Assembly: GCF_048593235.1 (NCBI RefSeq)
Contig: NC_133618.1
Coordinates: 29,112,478-29,176,477 of the forward strand
Direction of reading: 5' to 3'
From: Sminthopsis crassicaudata
Taxonomy: Eukaryota
DNA: 64,000 nt
Shown here: in pieces, positions 51,665 to 62,640 of the stretch
Position numbering within the stretch: the stretch's first letter is position 1
How the letters are laid out: every line of letters begins with the position of its first letter
The notes under the pieces: generated by a model
The model's database searches: none
The model's input: only the letters and a program-made list of their open reading frames with translations
Told to the model about the DNA's origin: nothing
Program-made: the position numbers and the translations under genes

Positions 51665-52018
51665 CTCTGATTCTGGGGAGTAGACAAGAGAAATCCTTAT
51701 CTCCCACCCAAGGACCATGGGGAGAAGGGACAAGGACAATGGTCGAGACCTCAGGAGCCCCGGGCTGCTGCTGGTCTCCTGGTCTCTGGGCCCAGGCTGG
51801 GTCTGAGATCCCTCCTTTCTCCTTCTCCCCTTCCGGGGTCTCAGGGAGTATGTAAATCTGGGTGCAGGACAGAATCTGGATGGTCCAGTGAACAGCTTTC
51901 CTTCTATCATAATATATTAGAAATGACCATCTAATGGCATCTCCCTCCAAGATGGGAAGGAAATCGTCTCAGGAGCCTGTAGGGACCTGATCTCCCAGAC
52001 CTTATCTCCTTTACTTAC

Positions 52019-52429
52019 CAGACTGGTAGACTGAAGGGATAATGGATCTGACCAGAAGAGGATAGAACCTTTATAGAGAGAGGACCCAAGTGGGTGTAGA
52101 TATTGGGAGGAGCTTAAAAGAAGGAGACTTGGCAGGGACAGGGGGATGGAGGGAGGGTTAGAACACAGGTGCTGTGGGGGACAGGGGGATTCCTGGAAGA
52201 GGTGAGGTCTTCCTCCGCCTGGGTTCAGGAGCAGATCAGACCACTGCTTTCTTCCCATAATATGAGGTAGAGGCATATGACTGGCTCCTGCCCCAAAGCA
52301 CACCAGCTGCTATATTCCCATAGCCATGGGACACCTTGATGTTGTTTGATCATTGAAGGAAGAGGAAAGAATCATGGGATTGAGTGAGCCTTCTGCAGGG
52401 TTTGGATGGAAAAGACCAAGTTCTGGGAA
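52019..52429 (-). promoter_or_regulatory. Copy 6 divergent promoter and non-coding exon 1
   Basis: TATAAA 52075-52070; donor CTG|GTAAGT at 52019/52018; GAS TTCCTGGAA 52190-52198 and TTCTGGGAA 52421-52429; CAGCTG-N5-TTCCCA 52304-52320, retained although flanking sequence is diverged. Confidence 0.75.
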
Positions 52430-52727
52430 AGGTGTAGTGTCAGAGACTTTGGCTTTGGAGGAGGGAATTCCAGTCAGTGGACCAGAGGGAACTTGACTGG
52501 ATCTTCTAACTTCCTATAATTACTGAAATTCCCCAGACAAGAAAGATTTTCAGGTTCTTGGGAAGGGCCTCTCATTCTCTAGAGTGTATTTGGGGTCCAT
52601 TGACACAATCTATAGAGAACAGAGTTTTCTGTAGCTTCTTTTAGGAGAAAACTGCTGCCTAAGGAGAGAGATAAGAGGATGTAAGCAGAACCAAGTGGTA
52701 AATCTCCCAAAATCAAAAGAAAATTGA

Positions 52728-55649
52728 GGGTGGAGAGGACACATGCTTCTTTCTGATCTTCTCCCACAAACCCTCAACTAATTACCAAACCCAGCCTCTG
52801 AATTAGCTCTGGACTGGCAGAATCCACGAATATTGAGAGTGCAGCAAATTACCAGCAGAAGATAATTTCAAATAACACTAGAAAAGGTCTGTTTTGATTG
52901 GGCACAGGAGGAGGTGGCCAGACACAGGCAGGCAAGAAGAGCACAGGGACCAGCACATACTGTACAGACCTGAGGTGGTGCAGTTTCCATGGGGTGGTGC
53001 AGACTCCATGCTGTGGGGAATCTACAGGGAGGATTCTATAGCAGTGTTGGCTATTCTCCCATGGTTGCAAGCCAGCAGATCATCAGACTAGTTATAAGAC
53101 ATCCAACACAAACACACAAGTAAAGAGTGAACCCCAAAGCACCAGAATTTTGAGGGGCCTGGCCACACCCACCCAGCACCAGAAGTAAACACTGACCCAG
53201 TATAGTCATTGCTGCTTGTAGAGGAAGCTTGGAGAACCTCCCTTGTCCTAAAAGTAAATCTTAACTTTAAAAAAAAATGAGTAAAGAGGCAAAGAGAACT
53301 CTGACCATAGATAGTTTTATGATGGAGAACAGATTTCAGACCCTGAGGAGACTAAAAGCAGATTGTCTCCAGATGAAGCCCCAAAAGGTGGTATAACCTA
53401 TTCCCCATAACACAAGGCTCTTCTAGAAGAAATTAAAAGGATATTAAAAGAGAGCTAGAAGAAAAATGGGGAAAGGAAATGAAAACTTTGCAAGAGGGTT
53501 TGGAAAAAGCATACAATCCATTAAAAATAGATTTGATAAAATGGGAAAAGAAAACAACTCCATGAAAAACAATCTGTGAAATGGAAAAGGAAAATAACTC
53601 CCAGGAAAACAGAATTTGTGAAATGGGAAAAAAAATTCCATAAAACAAAACAACTCATTTAAAAACTCAATTGGGAAAATAAATAAACAAATAAACAAAC
53701 AAATGAATGAAAAAATAAAATACACTAAAACAAAAAAATGTGGCACAAAAAAACCAAACAAAAACTAAAAATAAAAACTCAATTGGACAAATACAAAAAG
53801 AAGCAAAAAAAGTAAATGAAGAAAATAATTCACTAAAAATCGGAACTGAATAAATGAAAATGTATGACTCAATGAGACATCAAGAATCAGTCAAGCAAAA
53901 CCAAAAGAAAAAAAGAAAAAAAATTAGGAAAAAATGTAAAATTCCTAATTGGGAAAACAACTGACCTAGAAAATAGATCTAGGAGAGACAATGTAAGCAT
54001 TTTTGGAGTCCCTAAAACCATGATGAACAAAAGAGCCTAGACACTATTTTCCAGGAAATCATCAAAGAGAACTTCTCTGATGTCATAGAATCAGAAGGTA
54101 AAATAGCCATTGAAAGAATTCACCAAACACTTCCTGAAACAGACCCTAAAATTAAAATCCCAAGGAATATCATGGCTAAATTTCAGAACTATTGGATCAA
54201 GGAAAAATATTATAAGTAGCCAGAAAAACACAATTCAAATACCAAGGAGCCACAATAAGGATTACCCAGGATCTAGCAGCTTCCACCTTAAAGGATCAAA
54301 GGGCCTGGAATCTGATATTCCAAAAGACAAAGGAACTTGGAATGCAGCTAAGAATAAACTACCCTGATAAACTGAGCATTTTCTTCTAGGGAAGAAGATG
54401 GGCATTCAATGAAACAGGTGAATTACATTTATTTCTGATGAAAAGACCAAAGCTAAACAAAAAGTTTGACTTCCAAATATTGGACTCAAGAGAAGTATAA
54501 AAAGGTAAAAAAGAACTCTTGAGAACTGTATTTCTGTTATGGGTATACATAAAGAGTCCATGTATAATTTGATTTTACTGTTATAATATAAAAAAGGAAC
54601 TTGAGGTGGAAAGAGAATTGTATCACAAAAAAGGGAAAGTGGAGTTAAAATGAGGGAAATTATATTTCGCCAAGAGGCAAAGGAAATCTATTATATTTGG
54701 GGAAAGAAGGGAGGGGGATGAACATTGTATGGATCTTACTCTCATCAGATTTAGCTCAAAGAGAAAATACTAGACATATTTGGTTTACAGAGAAACTTCT
54801 CTCACCTTATTGAAAAGTGGGAGGGGAAAGGCAAAAAGGGAAGGAATAGGCTAAATAGAAGGGAAAACAGAAATAGTAGGGGAAAGGTATAAGAAAGGGA
54901 GAGGGATTTTGAAGGGGGATGGATTCTAAAGAGAGAAGGCTTCTTAAGGCAAGTGGTGCTTATAAGCTAAATACTGGGGAGGAGGGGAAGTGGAAAAGAA
55001 AAGAGAAAAGTATAATCTGGGGATAATAAGATGGCAGGAAATACAGAATTTGTAGTTTTAACTGTAAATGTGAATGGGGTGAACTCTCCTATAAAGTGAA
55101 AGCACATAGCAGATTGGATTAAAAACCAGAATCCAATTGTTCAGGAGTGAAGAGAGCCATCTACACCCAGAGAGAGAACTATCGGAATTGAGTGTGGATT
55201 ACAACATAGGATTTTCATTCTTTCTGTTATTGTTTGCTTGCATTTTTGTTTTCTGTCCCAGGTTTTTTTTTCTTTCTAGATCTGATTTTTTTTTGTGCAT
55301 CAAGATATCTGTATGGATATGTATACGTATATTGGATTTAAGATATATTTTACATGTATTAGAATACTTCCCATCTAGAGGAGAGGATGGGGGGAAGGAG
55401 GGGAAAATTTGGAACAGAAGGTTTTGCAAGGGTCAGTGTTGAAAAATTACCAATGCATATGTTTTGTAAATAAAAAGCTATAATAAAAAAGGAAAAGAAA
55501 GAAAAATAGTGTTTCTAAAATATCAACATTTTAGAATTTTTCAATTTTAGACACAATTACTAAGTTGTGCTTTCAGAGGAAAAAAGGAGTTATCACAATT
55601 TACAATTAATAAAAATCCAAATTAATAAATTACTTTATAAATTGTCAAA
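52728..55649 (+). mobile_element. L1 with 5' UTR, decayed ORF1, ORF2 almost fully deleted, 3' UTR and probable 3' transduction
   Basis: ORF1 from ATG 53277 (FQEIIKENF...IERIH...PRNIMAKFQ); ORF2 start 55031 (MAGNTEFVVLTVNVNGVNSPIK) joined at ~55135 to the 3' UTR; 13-bp TSD AAAAGAAAATTGA at 52715-52727 and 55650-55662. Confidence 0.85.
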
Positions 55650-57585
55650 AAAAGAAAATTGAATAAATAGCCCCAAATCTCAACTCAGGTGGAGACCCTC
55701 AGCATTCATCTACTGCCTGTCTACTTTTGATTCCCAACTCCCTTCTTTTTAGAAAATTCTCTGCTAGAGATTTAAAATGTGTTCCTGTTAGCAAGACTTG
55801 GGCAATTGGAAATTGGTTTGCTTTCCACAAATCCACAACTTTGGACCACACTGGCAAGTTCTTGGAGTACCCAGTGGGTGATATTTTTTGGATTATCCCC
55901 AGTAGACCATGCATGATCTAATTTAAACATCCTGGTCTACCTGGATACAGTTCCCAGAAGAGCCCAAAATGTGACCCCATCCTGAGGTCACTGGCATCAT
56001 TCCTGCCTTTGTTCTGGTCACTAGACATGGCCATCCAGCATGTTGACAATTAGCCTGCAATATTGTATTAACCTGCTGCTGAGTCTGCTTGTCTATACCT
56101 TCTTCCAACTCTAGTCTCTCCTCCATTTAACCGCAAATGCAAAAAAAAACAATCTTTCCATGTCAAATCCCTTCTTATAAATTTCAGTGGAGCTCTATAG
56201 CCTCCAAAATCAAATACAAAATTCTCTGTCAGAAGACTTTCCTGTTCTGAGAAGAGTGAAGGAAGACCATTTCAGTCCAAGAACCATCTGTTAGTGGAGC
56301 AATATTTACTAGAAGTGAAACAAACCAGGTGGGAATACCATGATGACATCACTAAGAGATATCCCTGGCCTTATACCTTTGGAGGCTTAAATTACTCATC
56401 AATCATGGTCCTAATTTCACCATTCCTGGCCCACAAGGATACCCCTCTATAAGTTCGTCCTTGCTTAGGCTGAAACCAGTTCAATTTCTAGAGAGGAAAC
56501 TCAGCAGTTGACTTTTGGACATTAAAAAAAAAATCTCTTCCCTTTTATGAATGATCTCTTCATTGTGTTCCTGTTGCTGTTATGTCTATATGGGGAAGAC
56601 TTTTCCCCAAATAAAGACGAAAATGTTTACTTGCTCCTCTTCTTACTATGTGGTCTCTTCAAAGGTCTTTCTTCTACTAGTAATTATGCAAGAGCACATA
56701 AATTATGGTTTTAGTGAATATAGACTCATAAAACACATGGAACCATAGATTTCCTTCTTTAGGGGACCTGCCCTAAAATTGGGGTGTACTTCCAACATCA
56801 CACTTAGGTGATAGAAGATGTATTCAGAAAGAGCAGTCATCTTCTCAACCAGGACAATAGGACACACCTCAAGGGCATTTGGCTCACTCTGAGACTAAAT
56901 CCAGGTGGAAGCTTAGAATATCAAGAGATCAAACTGAATGTGTAACTTTATCAATGTACAAACTGCTTCTTCTGAGAGGAGGACCTGCCTCAACAATCAG
57001 CTTCTCCACATGGTCCTTCCGACACGTATAGAGATTGAGAAGAGAATAAAAACTCCAGATGTGTCAATCCCAGAAGCCTCCATCAGGACAAAGTTGGGAA
57101 GACCAAGCAAAGATGGCGTAAAGCCAAATACAAGACTTTTTATAGGTCAAGCAGGCCAGGGACTTCTGGATGCAAAACACCAGATGCTGGGGCAGGAGCC
57201 CAAAAGGTTCCATGGTGACCACAGGCTCAAATGAAGTAAATCTCAGTGACAACAGGGATTAGGACACATTGAGAGAGGGCCAAAAAAGTGAGTTTTGTAA
57301 AGAAAGATCCAATGAAAGGGACCAATCTCACTTGAATTTAAATGAGGTTATGGGTCCTGCCTCTCTAATACTTGTTTCAGGGAAAGATTACATGACCAGA
57401 TGTGAAATCCAAAGATAGAGGTTCAAGTCCTCCTAACTGTGATGCTGGGAATGTCTCTCACCTCCACTTTCCTCATCGCTAAAATTGGAGATGGTATTAA
57501 AGGTGGAAATGAGCAATGTTTTTATAAACCATGAAGCACCATCATGCTTAAAAAAAAGAATTCAGAGTATCAGGTCAGAAAGTAG

Positions 57586-57591
57586 TTTATT
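57586..57591 (-). terminator. Polyadenylation signal AATAAA, copy 7
   Basis: Homologous to the copy 1 signal and kept in the diverged 3' UTR about 600 nt after the stop. Confidence 0.65.
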
Positions 57592-58190
57592 CAAAGACAC
57601 ATAACTATTTGAAATGTCTACAACAGAACGATCCACAAACAGAGCACCATGGGAAGGAATCTGAAGAAGAGCTTCCCTGAGTCATTTGATTATGAGAAGA
57701 TCACAACAGAGACCACAGTCCCTACCATTCCCACAACACAGGAAAAGGCAGAAATTCATCCCCTAAATCTAACTTGGATTTCAAATTTCAAGGGATGACA
57801 TTTTTGTCTTGAACGCTCTCTTTGACGCCTTGGTTAAGAACTCTCACATTCACAAGATTTCTGAAAGGAACTAAAACTGGAACTTTTCCACTTTTTAACA
57901 ACAATGTGACCATTTATATTCAGGGTCTGTATCAACTTTGAGCTACTTGTGGTATGGAAGATAAAAAGCACTTGAGCAGGTAGTGCTGAGTGCAGTGGAG
58001 GGTGAATGGAAGAACAGGAACAGGAGAAGTGGTGAGAGTGGTCAGATAACAGAAGGGAGGGTGGTCTGGTGAGGAAGGATGATGGAAAGAAGATGCTCTG
58101 GGAGGGCAAAGAGATTATGGCCACAGCCCTCCTGGGCTGTATTTGGATGCAAGCACCCGAATTTTGGGCTCTTCTTCTGTCTGCTCCCCT

Positions 58191-60403
58191 TTAAGCTCTG
58201 AACTTGCAGAGGTAGAGGTTCTTCTTCCGACAATCTTCATTTTTCCACTTCTGGAATCCTGTGGAAAGATGGTCTGGGTTCAGTTGAGGGGACAGCTTAG
58301 AGCAAGAGATCCATGGTCTGATGATTGTGGCTTCCTGGCCACAGGGTCTCCTCATTCAAGATAGTTCTCAAGATAACAAGAAGAAAGGAGAATGAAGATA
58401 GGAAAAAGGGAAATAGAAGACAAGGAAGAAGGGAAGCAGAAGAAGAGGAAGAGGAGGAAAAAGGAAAGAAAGCTAAGATGGATGAAGGTTGGGAATTAGA
58501 GGAGAGGGAAGAAGATGATAAATTAGGGGGAAAGAAAAGAGAAAGGATAAAAAGAAGGGAGGGCAAGAGAAAGGAGAGGAGTCACTCTCACATTCTTGGA
58601 AGGAAGTGCCCCCATGCCCCCAGGCTTTCAGACAGCCCAAGGAGAAGAGGATGCTCCTGTGCAGCTGGCAGAGGGGGAGGGTTGGCGCTCACCAGACTCA
58701 GTAGTCAGGCTCACACAGTAGTTGGGTTGGCTGTTCGTTGGGAAGCCCGACTCCCAGGCCTGGTAGAGGTAAAGGGCATTGCTGCTCCATTTCCACCTGC
58801 GATTCTGGGAGAGAAGGTTGGGAAGGGGGCAGTTAGGGAAGAGTGGGACCCCCCACCTGCCTCTTTTATATAATAACTCGTTATAATAAACAGACCAACT
58901 GCACATGAACTTTTCTTTAGCCCAGACCTCCCAAACCAGGCTCATTCTGTTCCCTAAGTCTTCCCTGGTGCTGTGACCCCAGCTGCCATTGGGCAGCACC
59001 ACCCTATTCTGCTCCATAACGTTCTCTCTGGGAGACCCAGACAGTGCCACCCTCCCTCCTTCTGCCAGAAACCCTCCCTTGTCTCCTGCCCCAGACCCTC
59101 CTCTAAGGGGTCTCTTGGGGAGACTTAGGCCCAGATTGCCTTGGGCTCTTCCCCCATGCAAGGTTTCCTTATTGTGACCTTGTCTCCATGAGGGTCGTGA
59201 CTGAGAAGTCCCCTCAGGGAGATGCTGGGAACTCAACCCAGACATGGGCAGAAAATAATTTCCCATTGAACCAAAGGGATGGGCAGTGATGGTGGACTCA
59301 GATGGGGGATAGGTAAGTATTAAAAACCTGGGGGGTGGAAGTGTAGGCTTCCTCTGGCCCAGGACCCAACCCTCCAAGCTCCTGCCCCTTTTCTACTCAC
59401 TGGCTTCCCTAGTTCTAGTGCTTTTCTTAGAGTCCTGGACCTACGAGACTGGTAGGAACCACCTCCTCATCAGCTCCACACACACTGTTGTTCCCCTTCT
59501 CCCCAGTCTCAGACAGGGACAGGCCCTCGGTCATACCTTGTTGGGGTCGTGCAGACCGATCCAGACTGGGTTCTGACCAACCCCGTTCTCCATGATCATG
59601 GTGGCCACAAAGGTAGCCTCAGCCTCATTGAGCAGGGAGCCCAGGTGGCCTGAGGGGTAGCCCTGGCACAGCAGCTGTGGAGGGCAGGGAGCAGGTAAAT
59701 GTGTGGGGGAGGGAGCAAAGGAGGCAGGAGAAGGCTCCTGGGAGCCTCAGGGGACAGGGTGGTCAATAGAGGTAGAAAAGAGGTTAAAGGGACCATGGTG
59801 AGATGGCTATGGGGCACAGGGATTACTTTTGTGGGAAGTGGGGGTAAGAAACACCAGAAAGGGGGAGCAAAGCTCTGGAGTCACCTGAAAAGGGAAGGTC
59901 TGGGTGACAGGTGAGGGCTTACAGACTCATGGTGGCCACACTGATGTCGCCAAGGACATGGGGATAAGGAGACAGATCCCTCCCCCTCCCACAGCCTCTC
60001 CAGAACCCACCTCAGCAGTGTTCCAGGTTTCCTGAGGACCCAATACTCCATAGCAGTGGGAGCCATGGAAGCCAAAGCCCTGGGGGCAGGAGCTCCTGGC
60101 AGAGGGGGGTGCAGGGGCCTCCTGCTTGCCTGGGAAGGGAGGAGAGCAGTTGAGGTTCCTGCTCCCTGCACATCAGTCCTTGAACCCTACAAGCTCCCAA
60201 CCCCTTCTTCTCTGTCCCACAGTGCCCACCCTGCTGCTGTCCAGTCCCTTCCCTTTCCCTCTTACTGTGTCCAAGCCCTTTCTAGGCCCAGGTGGGCAGT
60301 CAGAGGGAAGCCTGAGGGACCCACCTTGTGTCAGGCAGGGGAGCAGCAGGCAGATGAGGAGCAGCCCTGAGACTCTGGGGGACATCATGGCAGGCAGCAT
60401 CAT
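58191..60403 (-). CDS. REG1/REG3-like: REG-family C-type lectin, copy 7 (171 aa, intact, most divergent lectin domain)
   Basis: Exons 60403-60325, 60129-60011, 59674-59537, 58804-58693, 58258-58191. Loop AWESGFPTNSQPNYCVSLTTESG; C-terminus FQKWKNEDCRKKNLYLCKFRA*. Confidence 0.95.
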
Positions 60404-60797
60404 CTGATTCTGGGGAGGAGACAAGAGAAACTCTGATCCCCCGCCCAAGGGGGTCCCCAAGAGGGGACGAGCATAATGTCCAAGACCTCAGAAGCCTGGC
60501 TGCTGCTGTTCTCCTGGTGTCTGGGCCCAGGCTGGGACTGAGTTCCCTCCTCTCTTCTCCTTCTCCCCTTCCTGAGCTTTAGAATCCACAAACTCCTGGA
60601 GCAGGACAGAAGCTGGGAGCCCTGGACAGGGGGGACTCGGGAGATGTCCCCTTCAGGGTAGCTTAGGAAGTATATATCCTGGCCTTCCCTCCAAGGTAAC
60701 AGCCTCCTAGAGCAGCTGCTGCCTCTCCCATCTGGGAAGGGAAGGGCCTCTGGAGCTGCAGGGACCCCATCTCCCAGACCTTCTCTCCCTCACTTAC

Positions 60798-61030
60798 CTG
60801 GTGGAAGGAATCGTGTGTCTGAGCAGAAGAGGATGGAACCTTTATAGGGAGAGGACCTGTTATGGGGGCAGGGCTGGGGATGGAGGGAGGGCACAGGGGC
60901 TGGGGAAGGGCAGGGGCTTTCTGGAAGAGGGTGAGGTCTTCCACACCCCAAACTGAGAGGAGCCATGGCTGGCCAGTACCCAAAGCTCACCAGCTGCCTC
61001 GTTCCCACAGCCAGGGGAGATTTCTGGGAA
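60798..61030 (-). promoter_or_regulatory. Copy 7 promoter and non-coding exon 1
   Basis: TATAAA 60846-60841; donor at 60798/60797; proximal GAS altered (TTTCTGGAA 60918-60926); TTCTGGGAA 61022-61030; E-box+RBPJ site 60991-61008. Confidence 0.78.
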
Positions 61031-61186
61031 GGTCGGTGATTGGGGAAAGAGAGAATTCATGGGAAGGAGGGAACTTCTTGCCGGGAAAGGTGTAGTGTCA
61101 GAGACCTGGCCTTGGAGAAGGAGGGAATGCCAGTCAAGGAGTCACGTTTTCCTAATAAAACCCTATGTCTTTCCATTAATTCTTGA

Positions 61187-62010
61187 AATTCAAATTTAGA
61201 TTTAAATTTTCCATATAAGACTGCAATATTTGAACAAACTTCTAAGATCTTATACCCAGAATAAATTTAACATGTGCCAATTAATAGAAACTATCTCCTA
61301 CAATTTAAGAATCAGAATTCCAATTTAAACATACAAGGTGGCAGAACACTGTCCTTTTCAAGTCTGTCCATCCAATTCAACCCTTCTGCAGTTAGGATTG
61401 AGGGAAAGGGGATGCAGGATGGCTGAGCCACTAAGACATAGCCTTTTGCCCACTTGGGGTCCTGAGAGGAGGATTTCTATTTCCTTAAATAAATTTCCAT
61501 TTTGGGGGAAGAAAACAAGACAATTCTTAAAACTGAGATAGATCAGATTTTAAAATTGACTGCAGTTCATGAGATTCCCTAAATTCTAATTAAATGTTCT
61601 AGGAAAACTAAATTGCCATTTGATTATTTTCCAATACCCATAAATCATTTCTCTTTTATAAGCCAGGAACAGTTAAAGTGCCAATTTTTACTGACAGGGC
61701 CTTCAGAATCTGACTCGAGATTCTTTGCCTGCTGCTCTTTGCCTGAGATTTTAAGGTAGCAATGAATTTTTTGTCTGTTTGTTTATTTTGTTTTCCTAAA
61801 GTTCCCAAACTCTTAAATCTTCTGACAGTGCAAATAGATTACAATTTGCACATCCCTTTAGTGAGTTTTGATTAGAGCTTCTTTAAAATTACTTTTACTA
61901 TCATATCTTCTCTTTTTGCTGAGATGCAGACCCAGACAAAAATAACAAGCAAGAAGACTCTCCCATCTTTGCCAAAAGTCTAGGACAATTAGAGCAAAAC
62001 AAAACTCCCA
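61187..62010 (-). mobile_element. Probable ERV internal (non-coding) sequence continuing past the L1
   Basis: Homology to the REG upstream region stops abruptly at ~61186. Sequence either side of the L1 shares a TSD-like aaaactccc/aaacctccc, implying continuity with the ERV leader. Family identity unverified. Confidence 0.45.
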
Positions 62011-62640
62011 AAATGTTTGTGGCAGCCCTTCTCATAGTGGCTAGAAGCTGGAAGATGAATGGATGTCCGTCAATTGGAGAATGGTTGGGTAAATTACAGT
62101 ATATGAATGTTATGGAATATGATTGTTCTGTAAGAAATGACCAATAGGATGAATACAGAGAGGCTTGGAGAGACTTACATCAACTGATGCTGAGTGAAAG
62201 GAGCAGAACCAGAAGATCATTATACACTTCAACAATGATACTGTACGAGGATGTATGCTGATGGAAGTGGATTTCTTCAACATAGAGAAGAGCTAATCCA
62301 ATTCCAATTGATTAATGATGGACAGAACCAGCTACATCCAGAAAAGGAACACTGGGAAATGAGTGTAAACTGTTATTTTTACCTTCTGAATCTAATTCTT
62401 CCTGTGCAACAAGAAATTCGGTTCTACACACATATATTGTATCTAGAATATACTGTAATATATTTAACATGTATAAGACTGTCTGCCATCTGGGGGAGGG
62501 GGTTGGGGGAGGAAGGGAAAAAATCTGAACAGAAGTGCAAGGGATAATGTTGTAAAAAATTACCCATGCATATGTACTGTCAAAAAAAGTTATAATTATA
62601 AAATTAAATAAAAATTAAATAAACAAACAAACAAAAAAAA
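62011..62640 (+). mobile_element. 5'-truncated L1 3' fragment
   Basis: KMFVAALLIVARSWKMNGCPSIGEWLGK-type ORF2 end, 3' UTR and A-rich tail. Confidence 0.88.

Noticed and set aside
58628-59377. 249-aa minus-strand ORF
   Set aside because: Intron 4, exon 5 and intron 5 of copy 7 in one open frame; only NRRWKW...TESG is real coding sequence.
3840-60403. Possible pseudogenes among the copies, or assignment to REG4 or a specific REG1A/REG3G ortholog
   Set aside because: All seven have intact frames and splice sites. The R|SSC prosegment and 46-codon exon 4 fit REG1/REG3 better than REG4 as recalled, but one-to-one orthology needs a phylogeny.
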